DNA from: an uncultured delta proteobacterium
GTDB taxonomy: Bacteria; Myxococcota; Kuafuiibacteriia; Kuafuiibacteriales; Kuafuiibacteriaceae
NCBI GenBank assembly: GCA_963803435.1
Contig: CAWDML010000001.1
Location: forward strand, 64,001-128,000
Length of the DNA stretch: 64,000 nt
Direction of reading: 5' to 3'
Shown: piece by piece, positions 32,209-43,521 of the stretch
Layout of the letters: each line of letters starts with the position of its first letter
Position numbering within the stretch: position 1 is the stretch's first letter
Notes under the pieces: model-generated
What the model was told of the DNA's origin: nothing
The model's input: only the letters and a program-made list of their open reading frames with translations
Databases searched by the model: none
Translations under genes and position numbers: made by a program

Positions 32209-32829
32209 TCACCGATCGCCGCCCCGCGGCTTGAGCAGCTCCTCTTCGGTTCGAACGGTCTGGTCCCGCATCGCGAGGACCTTCGGCTGCGTGTCCTCAC
32301 GATCGAGGGGCTCCCGCTCGCGCTCCCGATCCCGATCCTTGTCCTTGCGCAGCAGCATGAGCGTCTCGCCCATGGTGCCCTCGCGCTCGCCCATCGCGTC
32401 GAGCAGCTTGAAGTGCGTCTGGATCGTCGAGCGGAGGCCCGCCTCGAACTGGGCCTTCTGGCGGCGGAGCTCGTCGATGTCCTCCATGATCCGCACCAGA
32501 CGGGTGTGCGCGTTCTGGATGATCTGCTCCGCCTGATGCTCCGCCTGCGCGATCACGATCTCCGCCTCCTTGCGGGCGTTCTGCTTGATGTCCTCGGTGA
32601 TCTGCGTGGCCGTGAGCATGGTGTCCTTGAGCGTACGCTCGCGCTCGCGGAAGTCCTCGAGGTCGGTCTCCTTGCGGCGGATCTCCTCCTTGAGGGTGTT
32701 GTTCTCCCGGACCAGCTCTTCGACGTCGTTCGCGAGGAGATCGAGGAAGGTGTCGACCTCCTTCTTGTCGAAGCCCATGAGCGCCGTTCGAAACTGCTGC
32801 TGCTGGATGTCGAGCGGCGTGAGCTTCAT
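32209..32829 (-). CDS. DivIVA domain protein
   Basis: 'LTPLDIQQQQF...GFDKKEVDTFL' followed by coiled coil. Confidence 0.92.
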   Translation of the reverse strand: MKLTPLDIQQQQFRTALMGFDKKEVDTFLDLLANDVEELVRENNTLKEEIRRKETDLEDFRERERTLKDTMLTATQITEDIKQNARKEAEIVIAQAEHQAEQIIQNAHTRLVRIMEDIDELRRQKAQFEAGLRSTIQTHFKLLDAMGEREGTMGETLMLLRKDKDRDREREREPLDREDTQPKVLAMRDQTVRTEEELLKPRGGDR

Positions 32830-32898
32830 GCTGGAGCGACTCTATCGACCGGGGCCAGCCCTCGCAAACTCCGAGCGCGCTGCAATCTTTTCGACGGC

Positions 32899-33558
32899 TT
32901 ATCGCACCCGTTCGCCGAAGATCGCGGTCCCGACGCGGACGAGAGTGGCACCCTCGGCGATCGCCTCGGGATAGTCGGCGCTCATCCCCATGGAGAGCTC
33001 GGGCAGCTCGAGCCCAACGGCGGCAGCGGCGCGATCGCGGAGCACGCGGAGAGCCGCGAACCAGCGGTGACCCTCGCCCGGCGGCGGGATGCACATGAGG
33101 CCGACGACGCGGAGATGGGCGCGACCGCGAAGCGCCTCGAGCAGCGGCACGACCTCGCTCTCTGGCGCTCCCGACTTCGAGGGCTCGCCGCTCTGGTTCA
33201 CCTCGAGCAGCACGTCGATCGGCAGCGCCGCCACCTTCTCGAGCGCGTCGGCGAGTCGGATCGAGTCGAGGGTGTGGATCACGGCCGCCTCGACCGCGCC
33301 CTTGGCCTTGTTCGTCTGGATGTGTCCGATCGCGTGCCAGCGAACGTCCGCGGGGAAGCGCGCCTTCTTCTTGACCAACTCCTGGACGTAGTTCTCGCCG
33401 AAGTCCCGGTGGCCGGCGTCGTACGCGGCCCGCACCCGGTCGTCCGGCTGCCGCTTGCTCACCGCGATCAGGCGGACCTCCGACCGCGCCCGGCCGGCCG
33501 CGCGGCAGGCCTCGCCGATCTTCTCCTCCACCCGGGACAGGTTCTCGGCGACGGTCAT
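32899..33558 (-). CDS. yggS: PLP homeostasis protein YggS
   Basis: 'AVSK', 'FGENYVQE', 'LSMGMS', 'VRVGTAIFG'. Confidence 0.96.
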   Translation of the reverse strand: MTVAENLSRVEEKIGEACRAAGRARSEVRLIAVSKRQPDDRVRAAYDAGHRDFGENYVQELVKKKARFPADVRWHAIGHIQTNKAKGAVEAAVIHTLDSIRLADALEKVAALPIDVLLEVNQSGEPSKSGAPESEVVPLLEALRGRAHLRVVGLMCIPPPGEGHRWFAALRVLRDRAAAAVGLELPELSMGMSADYPEAIAEGATLVRVGTAIFGERVR

Positions 33559-34106
33559 CCCAGCCCCATCAGCGCCAGCAGCCGCAGCGTCTCCTCGAGC
33601 GGCAGGCCCACGACGTTCGTGTAGCTCCCGCGCACCTCGGCCACCAGCGCGCCGCCTTCGCCCTGGATCCCGTAGGCACCCGCCTTGTCCATCGGCTCTC
33701 CCGAAGCCAGGTACCGCGCGATCTCCGGATCGGAGAGCGCGCGAAAGCGAACCTCGCTCGAGACCAGCTCGAAGAGGGTGTCGGGGCCACGCGCCAGGAC
33801 CACGGCGGTGTGCACGGTGTGCCAGCGGCCCGAGAGTGCGCGAAGCATCCGCGCAGCGTCCTCCGCATCCTCCGCCTTGGCGAGGATACGTCCATCGAGC
33901 GCCACCACGGTGTCGGCGGCCAGGACAGCCCGCCCCTTCGCCGCGACGGCGCGCGACTTGGCCTCCGCCACCCGCAGCCCATAGGGGATCGGCGGCTCTC
34001 CCGGCAGCGGCGTCTCATCGATGTCGGCAGCCTCGATCTCGAAGGAGAGCCCGACCGACTCCAGCAGCGTACGCCGCCGCGGCGATCTCGACGCCAGCAC
34101 GAACAT
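33555..34106 (-). CDS. maf: Maf family nucleotide pyrophosphatase
   Basis: 'LASRSPRR', 'AADTVV', '[10 protein letters not shown]', 'NVVGLP'. Confidence 0.95.
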   Translation of the reverse strand: MFVLASRSPRRRTLLESVGLSFEIEAADIDETPLPGEPPIPYGLRVAEAKSRAVAAKGRAVLAADTVVALDGRILAKAEDAEDAARMLRALSGRWHTVHTAVVLARGPDTLFELVSSEVRFRALSDPEIARYLASGEPMDKAGAYGIQGEGGALVAEVRGSYTNVVGLPLEETLRLLALMGLG

Positions 34107-34162
34107 CTCCCCCGGATGCCACGTGTTGAGCCCCGCGAACAGGGGTGATAGCCCAGCGGCTG

Positions 34163-34978
34163 ATGGGGCCCTTCAAGGACAAACGCTTCGCGGTCATCGG
34201 CGCGGGCAACATGGGGCTCGCGCTCGTGCGCGGCCTGGTCGACAGCGGTGTCGCCCCCGACCACGTCACGGTCACCAACAAGCGCGCCGCGCGGTCGCAG
34301 GACCTCGCAGCCCACTACGGCGTCAAGGCCGGCGCCACCAACGGCGAGGCCGCCCGTACCGCAGAGATCGTGATCCTCTCCATCAAGCCGCAGATCTTCT
34401 CCAAGATCCTTCCCGAGATCCGCCACGAGCTCGGCGACGCGCTCGTCATCTCGATCGCCGCCGGCGTCACCACCGAACGGATCGAGCGCGAGCTGGAGCC
34501 GGGTGCCCGCGTCATCCGCGCCATGCCGAACACGCCGGCCACGATCAAGCAGGCGGCCACGGCGCTCTCGCCCGGCACGCACGCCACCCCGGAGGACATG
34601 GAGCTGGCCGTGGCCGTCTTCGAGGAGATCGGGCGGGTCGCGGTCGTCGACGAGATCCACCTCGACGCGGTCACCGGCCTCTGCGGCAGCGGCCCCGCCT
34701 ACGTCTTCCTCATCATCGAGGCGTTCGCCGACGCCGGCGTGAAGGTCGGGCTCTCGCGAGAGATCGCCACCGAGCTGGCGGTGCAGACGATCCAGGGCTC
34801 GGCGAGGCTCCTCCAGATCACGAAGGAGCACCCGGGCAAGCTCAAGGATCAGGTGACGTCGCCGGGCGGGACCGCGATCGCCGGGTTGCACACGCTCGAG
34901 GAGGGTGGGCTCCGGACCACGATCATGAACGCGGTCGAGGCCGCCACCAAACGTTCGAGAGAGCTCGGTCAGGAGTGA
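34163..34978 (+). CDS. proC: Pyrroline-5-carboxylate reductase
   Basis: 'IGAGNMG', 'RAMPNTP', 'GSGPAY', 'VTSPGGT'. Confidence 0.96.
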   Translation: MGPFKDKRFAVIGAGNMGLALVRGLVDSGVAPDHVTVTNKRAARSQDLAAHYGVKAGATNGEAARTAEIVILSIKPQIFSKILPEIRHELGDALVISIAAGVTTERIERELEPGARVIRAMPNTPATIKQAATALSPGTHATPEDMELAVAVFEEIGRVAVVDEIHLDAVTGLCGSGPAYVFLIIEAFADAGVKVGLSREIATELAVQTIQGSARLLQITKEHPGKLKDQVTSPGGTAIAGLHTLEEGGLRTTIMNAVEAATKRSRELGQE

Positions 34979-34987
34979 GCGCGTCGC

Positions 34988-35440
34988 TCACGCGGTCCCT
35001 GGCCGGACCGCCTCGCCGTCGATCCGCAAGAAGACCCCGTCCTCGTCCTCCTCGACGATCGGCTCCAGCTGGATCATCGCCGCGCGGCTGAGCTCCGCCG
35101 GCATCGTGCCCGCCCGCACGCGGCAGGTGAGCCGCCCCTCCAGATCGGTCGAAAGCGTCGAGGGATCGAGGGTCTCCGTCCGTCCGTCGGAGAGCGAAAG
35201 CTCGATTCGGTCCGCAAGGATCCGGACCGCCCGCACGAAGATCGGTGCCCCTTCGATCTCCACGTACGCCCAGTTCACGGAGTTCTTCAGGCAATAGCGG
35301 CCGTCCGGGGCGCGGTCGATCCACCGATCGAACGCGGAGGCCACCGCAGGGTTCGTCACGGGCGCTTCCCCGTCGAACCAGCGCCCGTGACGGTCCCGCC
35401 GGATCTTGGTCTCCCGCGAGAAGCCTGGTGGCACGTCCAC
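34988..35440 (-). CDS. DUF1285-like hypothetical protein
   Basis: 'IRRDRHGRWF...YVEIEGAPIFV' resembles DUF1285. Confidence 0.55.
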   Translation of the reverse strand: MDVPPGFSRETKIRRDRHGRWFDGEAPVTNPAVASAFDRWIDRAPDGRYCLKNSVNWAYVEIEGAPIFVRAVRILADRIELSLSDGRTETLDPSTLSTDLEGRLTCRVRAGTMPAELSRAAMIQLEPIVEEDEDGVFLRIDGEAVRPGTA

Positions 35441-35488
35441 GCCTCGATCATAACAAGCCGGCGCGGTCTCGTGTTATGCACACTCGTC

Positions 35489-38400
35489 GTGGAGCCAGGC
35501 GAGACCATCGTCGGGCGCTTCCAGATCGAGCGCGAGGTCGGCGCGGGCGGGATGGGCACGGTCTTTTCCGCCCTCGATCTGGAGACCGGCGCCAGGGTCG
35601 CGGTCAAGCGGCTCGACATCAAGACCAAGACCGACTCGGAGCGCTTCGCCCGCGAGGCGGTGCTGCTGGCGGGGCTCCACCACCCGGGGATCGTCCGCTA
35701 CGTCGCCCACGGACAGAGCGAGCGCGGCGAAGACTTCATCGCGATGGAGTGGCTCGAGGGCAAGACGCTCGCGGATCGTCTGATCGAAGGGCCGCTCACG
35801 ATGCTCGAGACCGTCCAGCTGGGCACGCGCATCGCCTCCGCGCTGGCGGAGGCGCACCAGCGCGGCGTCGTCCATCGTGACATCAAGCCGCCCAACCTCT
35901 TTCTGCCCGACGGAGACATCGCACGGGTCAAGCTGCTCGACTTCGGCGTCGCGCGCCTCACCGGTCTGACCGCGACCCACTCGACGATGACCCGCACCGG
36001 AGCGCTGATCGGAACGCCGGGCTACATGGCCCCCGAGCAGGCGCGCGGAGACAAGGAGCTCGACGCGCGCGCCGACCTCTTCTCCGTCGGATCGGTCCTC
36101 TTCCAGTGCCTCACCGGCAAGGCGCCGTTCTCGGGCCCGAACATCATGGCGGTCCTGGCCAAGAATCCTCCTCGAGGAGGCGCCGCGCGTTCGCGAGCTT
36201 CGACCCGACGTCCCCGCCGCGCTCGACGACCTGGTCGCGCGCCTGCTGGCGAAGGAGCCCGCCGGCCGCCCCGAGAGCATCGAGGAGGTCGGGCGCGCGC
36301 TGGCCGCCATCTCGTTCGGCGATCTCCAGCGCGGGAGCCCCTATTTCCCCACGCGGGATCACGAAGCGCCCACCAAGCCGCCCGCGCTCACCGACAGCGA
36401 GCAGCGCCTGCTCTGCGTCGTGCTGGCCGGCGACATGGAGGGGACCGGCGACACCTGGAGCCCCGGTCAGGTGACCACCGCGGCGCGCGACATCACCAAG
36501 ATCGTCCAAGGACTCGGCGGTCAGATCGATCGGCTGCTCGACGGCTCCACATTGATCCACTTCGCGGGCAGCGGCGCCGCCACGGATCTCGCGGGCGACG
36601 CCGCCCGCTGTGCGATCGCGATCCGGTCCACCTACGGCGATACGCCCGTGGTGCTGGCCACCGGCCGCGGCGAGGTCTCCCGAAGGATGCCGGTGGGCGA
36701 GGTGATCGATCGTGCGGCCCGCACGCTCGAGGCGGCGGGCGGTCGTCACGTCCGCATCGACGCCGTCAGCGCGGGACTGCTCGAGCTCAACTTCGAGATC
36801 GGCGCCGACGCCGCCGGCTGGTTCCTGATCCGTGAGAAGGAGGGCGTGACCGGCGTCCGCACCCTGCTCGGGAAGCCGACCAAGCTGGTCGGGCGCGATC
36901 GCGAGCTGGTGACGCTGGAGGCCACCTTCACCGAAGTGACCGAGGAGCCGGTCGCGCGCGCGGTCATCATCACCGGCGCGCCGGGGATGGGAAAGTCGCG
37001 ACTCGCCCACGAGTTCCTCAAGCGCACCCGCGCGCGTGAAGAGACGCCGGCGATCCTGGCGGCCCGCGGCGACGCCCACCGCTCCAGCCTGGCCTTCGGC
37101 ATGCTCGCCAGCGCGCTCCGTCGCGAGGCGGGGATCGGTGACGGCGAGGCGATCGAGAGCCAGCGCGAGAAGCTCGCCGAGTGGATCGCGCGCCGGGTCC
37201 CGGCCGCGGATCGACGCCGCGTCACCGCCTTCCTCGGCGAGGTCGCCAACATCGCGTTCGGCGACGACTGGTACGACGGCCTCAAGGCGGCCCGCGCCGA
37301 CGCGATCCTGATGGGCGACGCCATGCGCACCGCCTGGCTCGACTGGCTCGACGCCGAGCTCCAGCACGGCCCGATGCTGATGATCTTGGAGGAGCTCCAC
37401 TGGTGCGATCTCCCCACGGTCCGCTTCGTCGACGCCGCGCTCAAGCGTTTCAGCGACGCGGCCCTGATGGTGCTCGCCCTCGCCCGCCCGTCGGTGAAGG
37501 AGCGCTTTCCCAGCCTCTGGTCGGGCGCCGACCCGATGGAGCTCAACCTCGGCGCACTCACCAAGCGGGCCACCGAGAAGCTGATCAGGCAGGTGCTCGA
37601 GGATGCGGAGCCCAAGACGATCGCGCTGATCATCGAGCGCGGCGAGGGCAATCCGTTCATCATCGAAGAGCTGGTGCGTGCGCTGGCCGCCGGCCGCGAA
37701 GGGGAGCTGCCCGACAGCATCCTCGGCATGGTGCAGGCGCGCCTGGACGCCCTTGGCTCTCCCGCCAAGCGCGTGCTGCGGGCCGCCAGCGTCTTCGGAA
37801 ACACGTTCTGGCGGGGCTCTGTGCTGGCGCTGCTCGGCGGCTCCGACTCCACGTCGAGCGTCACCGAGTGGCTCGAGGAGCTGGTCCAGCGCGAGATCAT
37901 CGTAGGGAGCGCGCGCTCCATCTTCCCCGGCGAGGTCGAGTTCAACTTCCGCAACACCACGGTGCGCGACGCTGCCTACGCGATGCTGACCGATCGGGAT
38001 CGAAGCCTCGGCCATCGCCTGGCGGGCCAGTGGCTGGAGAGCTCCGGTCAGCGCGACGCGATCGTACTGGCGGGACACTTCGACCGCGGCGGCGAGAACG
38101 AGAAGGCGATCGGTTTCTACCTGCGCGCAGCCGAGCAGGCGCTCGAAGGCAACGACTTCGCCGTCGCCATTCACTGCGCCGAGCGCGGCGTAGCCCTGGG
38201 CGCGGAGCTCGAGTCGCTGGGTCGATTGGAGCTCACCCGCGCCATCGCACACTACTGGCTGGGTGAGGTCGAGGCGACCATCGAGGCCGCCACGCAAGCC
38301 AGCTTGCATCTGGCGCAGGGCAACCCGAGCTGGTTCCGCGCGGTCGCCGATCTGCTCTCGTCGCTCCTGCGCAGCGGCGATCTCGATCGGTTGGAGTCCT

Positions 38401-39395
38401 GGATCGAGCGGGCCGCCACCGCCTCACCCACAGAGGACGCCATCAACGCCCAGGAGATCTGTCTGGCGCGCACCGCCGAGCACCTGCTCGTGCTGGGCCA
38501 CTACGCGCTCTCCGAGAAGCTCTTCGCCCGCGTCGACGCGCTGGCCGAGCAGCCCGGTCTCGAGCCGCTGGCCCTCGCGCGCGTCTACCGCGCCCGGGCC
38601 CGCCGCGCGCTCCACCACGGAGATCCGTGCGCATACGCAGTCGGGCTCGAGGCCGCGTACCAGACGTTCGAGCAGGCGGGCGACGCGCGCAACGCCTGCA
38701 ACGAGCGGATGAACACCGGCTTCGCGCTCGCAGAGCTCGGCGAGTACGAGCAGGCGGAGGAGGCGCTGTCGAGCGCGCGCGCTGCCGCGGTGAAGATGAA
38801 CCTCGAGCACGTGATCGCCTGGGCCGACAACAACCTCGGTAACGTGCTGGCGCTCTCGGATCCCGAGCAGGCGCGCCGAGTCGAGCAGCGCGCGATCGAC
38901 GCGGGCGTCGAGCAGAAGGACCCTCGCCTCGAGGGCACCTCCCGCATCTACATGTCCGGGATCCTCCACCGGCTGGGCGATCACGTGGCCGCCGCCCGCG
39001 AGGCCGAGCTGGCCGTGGTCTTGCTCGCGAACCTGACCTCGCTCAAGACGGTGGCGCTGGCCGCCCACGCCCGCGCGCTGCTCGGGCTCGGGCAGGTCGA
39101 GCCGGCCCTGGCGGCCGCCGGCGAGGCGCTGACGCACCTGGAGACGCTCGGAGGTCTCGAGGAGGGCGAGGCGCTGGTTCGACTGGTCTGGGCGGAGGCT
39201 CTCGACGCCGCCGATCGCGAGGAGGAGGCGAAGGAAGCGCTCCAGACCGCACGTGATCGCCTGTACGCGCGGGCCGCCCGCATCAGCAACGTCACCTGGC
39301 GCGTCACTTTCCTCGACCGTGTCCCGGATCATGCCCGCACGCTGGAGCTCGCCAGCGCCGTCGGCCTTGACGATTCGCCGACTCTCCGGGATTGA
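35489..39395 (+). CDS. Ser/Thr kinase - degenerate cyclase-like - AAA/STAND ATPase - TPR fusion, frameshift ~36163
   Basis: 'GAGGMG', 'HRDIKPPN', 'DFG', 'YMAPEQ'; 'LVGRDREL', Walker A 'GAPGMGKS', 'GNPF'; frames join at 'VLAK|ILLEE'. Confidence 0.88.
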
Positions 39396-39401
39396 GCATC
39401 G

Positions 39402-40808
39402 ATGCAGCGCATCGCCCCGGTCGTGCTCCTCACTCTGTTCGCCTGCAAGGACACGATCGAGGCCGACTTCACGGGCGTCAACCTGAGCACCACCTACCCG
39501 ACCGGCCTCGGGATCGATCGGCTGTCGATCTCCGCGGACGCGGGCGACGGCTGGCCGAAGGTCGTCCCGCTGACGCCGACCGCCGAAATGGGCACCGAGA
39601 CACTCACCGCCACGCTGATCTTGATGAAGGAGCTCGCCGGTCAGCGCGTCACCTTCCGCATCGACGGCGCCAAGGAGGAAGGGATCGTCGCCACCGGCAG
39701 GACCCACGCGCGGATCCGGCTCGGGCTCATCATCACCGCCACCGTCGCGCTCGGCGTCCCTGACAACTGCGGCGACGGCGCCGTCGATCCCGCCGAGCAG
39801 TGCGACGACGGCAACACCCGCACCGGCGACGGCTGCGCGCCCAGCTGTGTGCTCGAGACCGGCTTCGTCTGCATCGGCTCGCCCAGCGAGTGCTTCGTCG
39901 AGGCGCGCACGGCCGTCGTCGACCAGAGCGCCGCCGTCTGTCCCGGCCAGGGCACCGGCGGCTCGCCGTTCTGCACCCTCGCCAGCGGCGTGGCCGCCCC
40001 GTGGGCCTCGACGGTGGCGGTGAAGGCCGGCATCTACAGCGAGCCCCCGATCACGATGCAGCGCGACCTCGAGCTCATCGGCGCCCCCGGCGCGATCCTC
40101 GAGATCGGTGCCTCCCCCGCGATCCGCATCTCCACCACCCGCGCCCTGGTCCGCGGGCTCGAGCTCCGCGGCGCCAGCGGCATCGGCGGCGGCATCACCG
40201 TCGAGGGCCCCGACGCGATGGTCGAGCTCACGGGCAACACCATCGGCCCCGGCAACACCATCGGCATCGACATCGGCCCCGGCGTCTTCGCCCGCATCGA
40301 GAAGAACCGCATCCACGCCCACGCCGGCGGAGGCCTCCGCCTCGCCACCGACGTCGGCTACATCGTTCGCAACAACCTGATCCTGGACAACGGCTCCCCC
40401 CAATCCGCCCTCGGCGGCGTCTCCCTCGAGCTCGCCCCCGCCAACTCCATCTTCGCGAACAACACCCTCGCCGGAAACACCGCCCGAACCAGCACCACCG
40501 CCGCCCTCGCCTGCGCCCCTGAAGCGACCATCGTCAACTCGATCCTCTGGGATCAGACCGAACCGCCCCCCTGCGACCTCACCTTCTCCGACGTCGGGCC
40601 GATCGGCACCAGCACGGCCCCGCTCGGTGAGGGCAGCTTCTCCATGGATCCGCTCCTCGACGACGACGGCTTTCTCACCGCCGGCTCCCCGTGCATCGAC
40701 GCCGGCGACCCCCGCAGCATCGCCGAGGGCGTCGCACCCCTCGAGGACATCGAGGGCGACATCCGGCCGCAGGGCTCAGGGATCGACGTGGGCGCGGACG
40801 AGCGCTGA
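39402..40808 (+). CDS. Lipoprotein with Myxococcus Cys-rich repeat and right-handed beta-helix
   Basis: 'LFAC' lipobox, 'CGDGAVDPAEQCDDGN...DGC', PbH1-like repeats, 'SPCIDAG...DVGADE' tail. Confidence 0.8.
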   Translation: MQRIAPVVLLTLFACKDTIEADFTGVNLSTTYPTGLGIDRLSISADAGDGWPKVVPLTPTAEMGTETLTATLILMKELAGQRVTFRIDGAKEEGIVATGRTHARIRLGLIITATVALGVPDNCGDGAVDPAEQCDDGNTRTGDGCAPSCVLETGFVCIGSPSECFVEARTAVVDQSAAVCPGQGTGGSPFCTLASGVAAPWASTVAVKAGIYSEPPITMQRDLELIGAPGAILEIGASPAIRISTTRALVRGLELRGASGIGGGITVEGPDAMVELTGNTIGPGNTIGIDIGPGVFARIEKNRIHAHAGGGLRLATDVGYIVRNNLILDNGSPQSALGGVSLELAPANSIFANNTLAGNTARTSTTAALACAPEATIVNSILWDQTEPPPCDLTFSDVGPIGTSTAPLGEGSFSMDPLLDDDGFLTAGSPCIDAGDPRSIAEGVAPLEDIEGDIRPQGSGIDVGADER

Positions 40809-41111
40809 GCGCCCTCGCCCGGTCGATGCCGGTGCTTCGTTCGGAGCGATGCGGGCAGGGGGAGGATGAGGTCCGATCGCGCGCGAGCGCGGGTGTGGCG
40901 GCTCGCTCGAAGGTGACATCGGTGGCGCTCCGATGGGTGGGGATCGGACTGTGCCGCGCGAGCCGGACCCGATCCCCACCCGTCAGTGCCAAAAGCAGCA
41001 AACGAACGCGCGCACCACCCGACGAAGTGCGCACGTCCCCCGCCGCTCGCCTTCGCTCTGAAGACGGCGGAAGGAACGCGAGAGAGAGCCCGCCTCGGGA
41101 CCACCGCGCCC

Positions 41112-42131
41112 TCAGGGTCGGAGCGCCTCGAACGCTCGGAGGAAGTTCCTCCCCAGCGCCTTCTCGATCCATCCGCTGGGCCAGCGGTCGTCGAGCATGA
41201 GCTGCACCAGCCGGGGGTAAGCGGCGGCGCCGGCGAGGAGCTCGTGGGGGGGCGTGATCGCGCCGTCGTAGTCGCTACCGATCGAGACGAAGTCGTCTCC
41301 GACCGTCTCGATGACGTGGCGCATGTGGGCCACCACTGCGCGGCCGCCGGTGCCGAGGAAGTTTTGGGAGAAGATGATCCCGATGGTGCCGCCGGTCTCT
41401 GCGATAGCGCGGAGCTGTCGGTCGTCGAGGTTACGCCAGTGCGGCTTCACGCCGTCGACGCCGGTGTGGGTCGCGATGAGGGGGAGGGATCGGTCGTGGA
41501 CCTCGACCGCGTCCCAGAAGCCGTCGGGATGGATGTGGGCCAGGTCGACGAAGATCCGGGCCGCGTCGAGCTGCTCGACGAGCGTCCGGCCCCACCGCGT
41601 CAGGCCCTTCTGCGAGCGGGCGTGGTGGAAGGGCGCCGAGGTTCCGCCGATGGCGGAGCTCAAGAGGTGGACCAGCGTGACCCGCGTGATCGCGCGATCG
41701 GGGATCGACGCCGCGCCCTCGGGGGCTGCGTCGAGGCAGTTGCCGCCTTGGACCGCGATCATCGAGGCGTGGGCTCCGCCGGCGCGGGCGGCGCGATACT
41801 CGGACAGCGTGCGGGCCGCGCGGAGCCGGCCGCCGGTGTCGGCGATCGCGCGCTGGAGGGCAGAGAGGTTCTCGAGGAACGCGCGCCAGCGGCCGGCGGC
41901 CGAGCGGAACGGGTTGGTGGTGATGGACCACATCGCGCCGGTGAGCCCCCCCTCCTCGATGCGCGGGAGATCGACGTGGCCGAAGAAGCGCCCGCGCAGC
42001 AGGCCCTCGCCGTGATAGCGCGCGAGCTCCCATCCGAACAGCCGCATGGAGATGAACGTGTCGAGGTGGAGATCGATCACGTCGAGCTCTCTCACGATCT
42101 GGAGGGCCTCCTTCGACACCGGCAACGCCAC
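41112..42131 (-). CDS. M19 membrane/renal dipeptidase family protein
   Basis: 'DLHLD', 'VDLPR', 'DLAH', 'RNLDD', 'IGSDYDG', 'GRNFLR'. Confidence 0.9.
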   Translation of the reverse strand: MALPVSKEALQIVRELDVIDLHLDTFISMRLFGWELARYHGEGLLRGRFFGHVDLPRIEEGGLTGAMWSITTNPFRSAAGRWRAFLENLSALQRAIADTGGRLRAARTLSEYRAARAGGAHASMIAVQGGNCLDAAPEGAASIPDRAITRVTLVHLLSSAIGGTSAPFHHARSQKGLTRWGRTLVEQLDAARIFVDLAHIHPDGFWDAVEVHDRSLPLIATHTGVDGVKPHWRNLDDRQLRAIAETGGTIGIIFSQNFLGTGGRAVVAHMRHVIETVGDDFVSIGSDYDGAITPPHELLAGAAAYPRLVQLMLDDRWPSGWIEKALGRNFLRAFEALRP

Positions 42132-42137
42132 GCCCTC

Positions 42138-42223
42138 TGTCTACGATCCGCAGACACCGCCGTCCACGCCGTTGACAGCCGGGACGCGATCGAAACGCGG
42201 CCGGCGCCGGCACGGATCGAGCA
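42138..42223 (+). promoter_or_regulatory. Candidate sigma54 promoter with two upstream palindromic sites
   Basis: CCGGCACGGATCGAGCA (GG 42209-10, GC 42221-22); TGTCT-N9-AGACA 42138-56 and GTCCAC-N3-GTTGAC 42162-76. Confidence 0.5.
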
Positions 42224-42236
42224 AAGGTCCGGCCTC

Positions 42237-42845
42237 ATGAGCGGATCAAACTCACTCCTCTTGGGTTTCATCGAGGTCGGCCAGGCGGTGCGCCGTCCCG
42301 AGCGCCTCGCGTGTCGCTGGCGCGATCGGGATCGCGCTCCCGGGGAGGCGCCGCCCTCCTCCGTCTTCCCCGCGCTGCTCGTGACCTCGGTGCTCGGCCT
42401 GGCGGCGTACGGGCTCACCATGGGCCTCCACATCGGCAGCGCCGCGATGCTCATGGCCGCCGCCAAGGCGCCCTTCGCCGCCGGCACCGCCTGGACCATC
42501 GCGCTGCCCTCGCTCTACATCCTGAACACGGGCTTCGGCTCCAAGCTGGACGCCTCCACCACCGCGCTGGCCGCGCTCACCACCTGCGCGTTCGGTGCGC
42601 TGGCGATGCTGGCCAGCGTGCCGGTCAACTGGTTCTTCACCTTGGCCGTCCCGATCGCGGGCGTTCGCTGGCTGGTGAACATCGTCGTCTTCGCCGGGGT
42701 TGGCGTGGCGATGAACGATACCTTCTTCCGCGTGATGGCCGCGCTCGAGCCGGAGCGGAGCCGGGGCGTCGCGTTCCTCTGGCTGGGCCTCGTCGGCCTC
42801 ATCGGCGCCGAGCTGATGAGCCTGCTCGGTCTATTCAACTTCTGA
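42237..42845 (+). CDS. Multi-pass membrane protein of unknown function
   Basis: About 5 TMs; 'AKAP...IALPSLYILN..FGS'. Confidence 0.7.
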   Translation: MSGSNSLLLGFIEVGQAVRRPERLACRWRDRDRAPGEAPPSSVFPALLVTSVLGLAAYGLTMGLHIGSAAMLMAAAKAPFAAGTAWTIALPSLYILNTGFGSKLDASTTALAALTTCAFGALAMLASVPVNWFFTLAVPIAGVRWLVNIVVFAGVGVAMNDTFFRVMAALEPERSRGVAFLWLGLVGLIGAELMSLLGLFNF

Positions 42846-42856
42846 GGAGTCACATC

Positions 42857-43513
42857 ATGTCGATCACCGAGACCACCACCATCCCCGGCCCCTTCGAGCT
42901 GATCCTCCGCGGACAGTACAAGCTCAACCTGTTGCTCGAGGATGAGAAGAACCACCTCCCGATCATCCGCAAGCTCCTCCTGATCTCGATCCTGGGTCTG
43001 GCCGCCCAGGGCTTCACGGCCGCGCTCGCCTGGCAGCTCCTCGAGCTCCAGCCGCTCGGCTGGATCACGGTGTGGATGCCAGCCGCCTTCGTGATCGCGT
43101 TCCTGGGCGCGCTCTCGATCTGCCTGCCGAGCTTCTACTTCTACACGCAGCTCTCCGGGCTCGACGCCTCCTTCAGGCTGGTGACGGCGCAGGCGCTCCG
43201 CACCCAGGCCACCACTTCGGTCTATCTGTTCGGCGTCCTACCGTTCTACCTGGCGCTCGCGCTCACCAGCGCGGTCACACACGCCGTGTCTCCCGACGTC
43301 GTCCGCATGGTGGGCTTCGTGGCGCCGTTCGTCGTCGGGCTGACGGGGCTCGTCGCGCTGTACCGCGGCTTTCGCCACCTCTTGACGCACCTCGAGATCA
43401 CGCACGTCCGGCGCGGCGCGTTTTTGCTCCGCATGCTGGTCGCGTGGTCGCTGGTCTACACGGCGGTCGCACCCGTCGCCCTTTACCGCGCGGTCACCGC
43501 GCTGCCGCTCTGA
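42857..43513 (+). CDS. Multi-pass membrane protein, distant paralog of the upstream gene
   Basis: SD GAGGAG; about 5 TMs; 'ICLPSFYFY..LSG'. Confidence 0.7.
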   Translation: MSITETTTIPGPFELILRGQYKLNLLLEDEKNHLPIIRKLLLISILGLAAQGFTAALAWQLLELQPLGWITVWMPAAFVIAFLGALSICLPSFYFYTQLSGLDASFRLVTAQALRTQATTSVYLFGVLPFYLALALTSAVTHAVSPDVVRMVGFVAPFVVGLTGLVALYRGFRHLLTHLEITHVRRGAFLLRMLVAWSLVYTAVAPVALYRAVTALPL

Positions 43514-43521
43514 GGATCACC

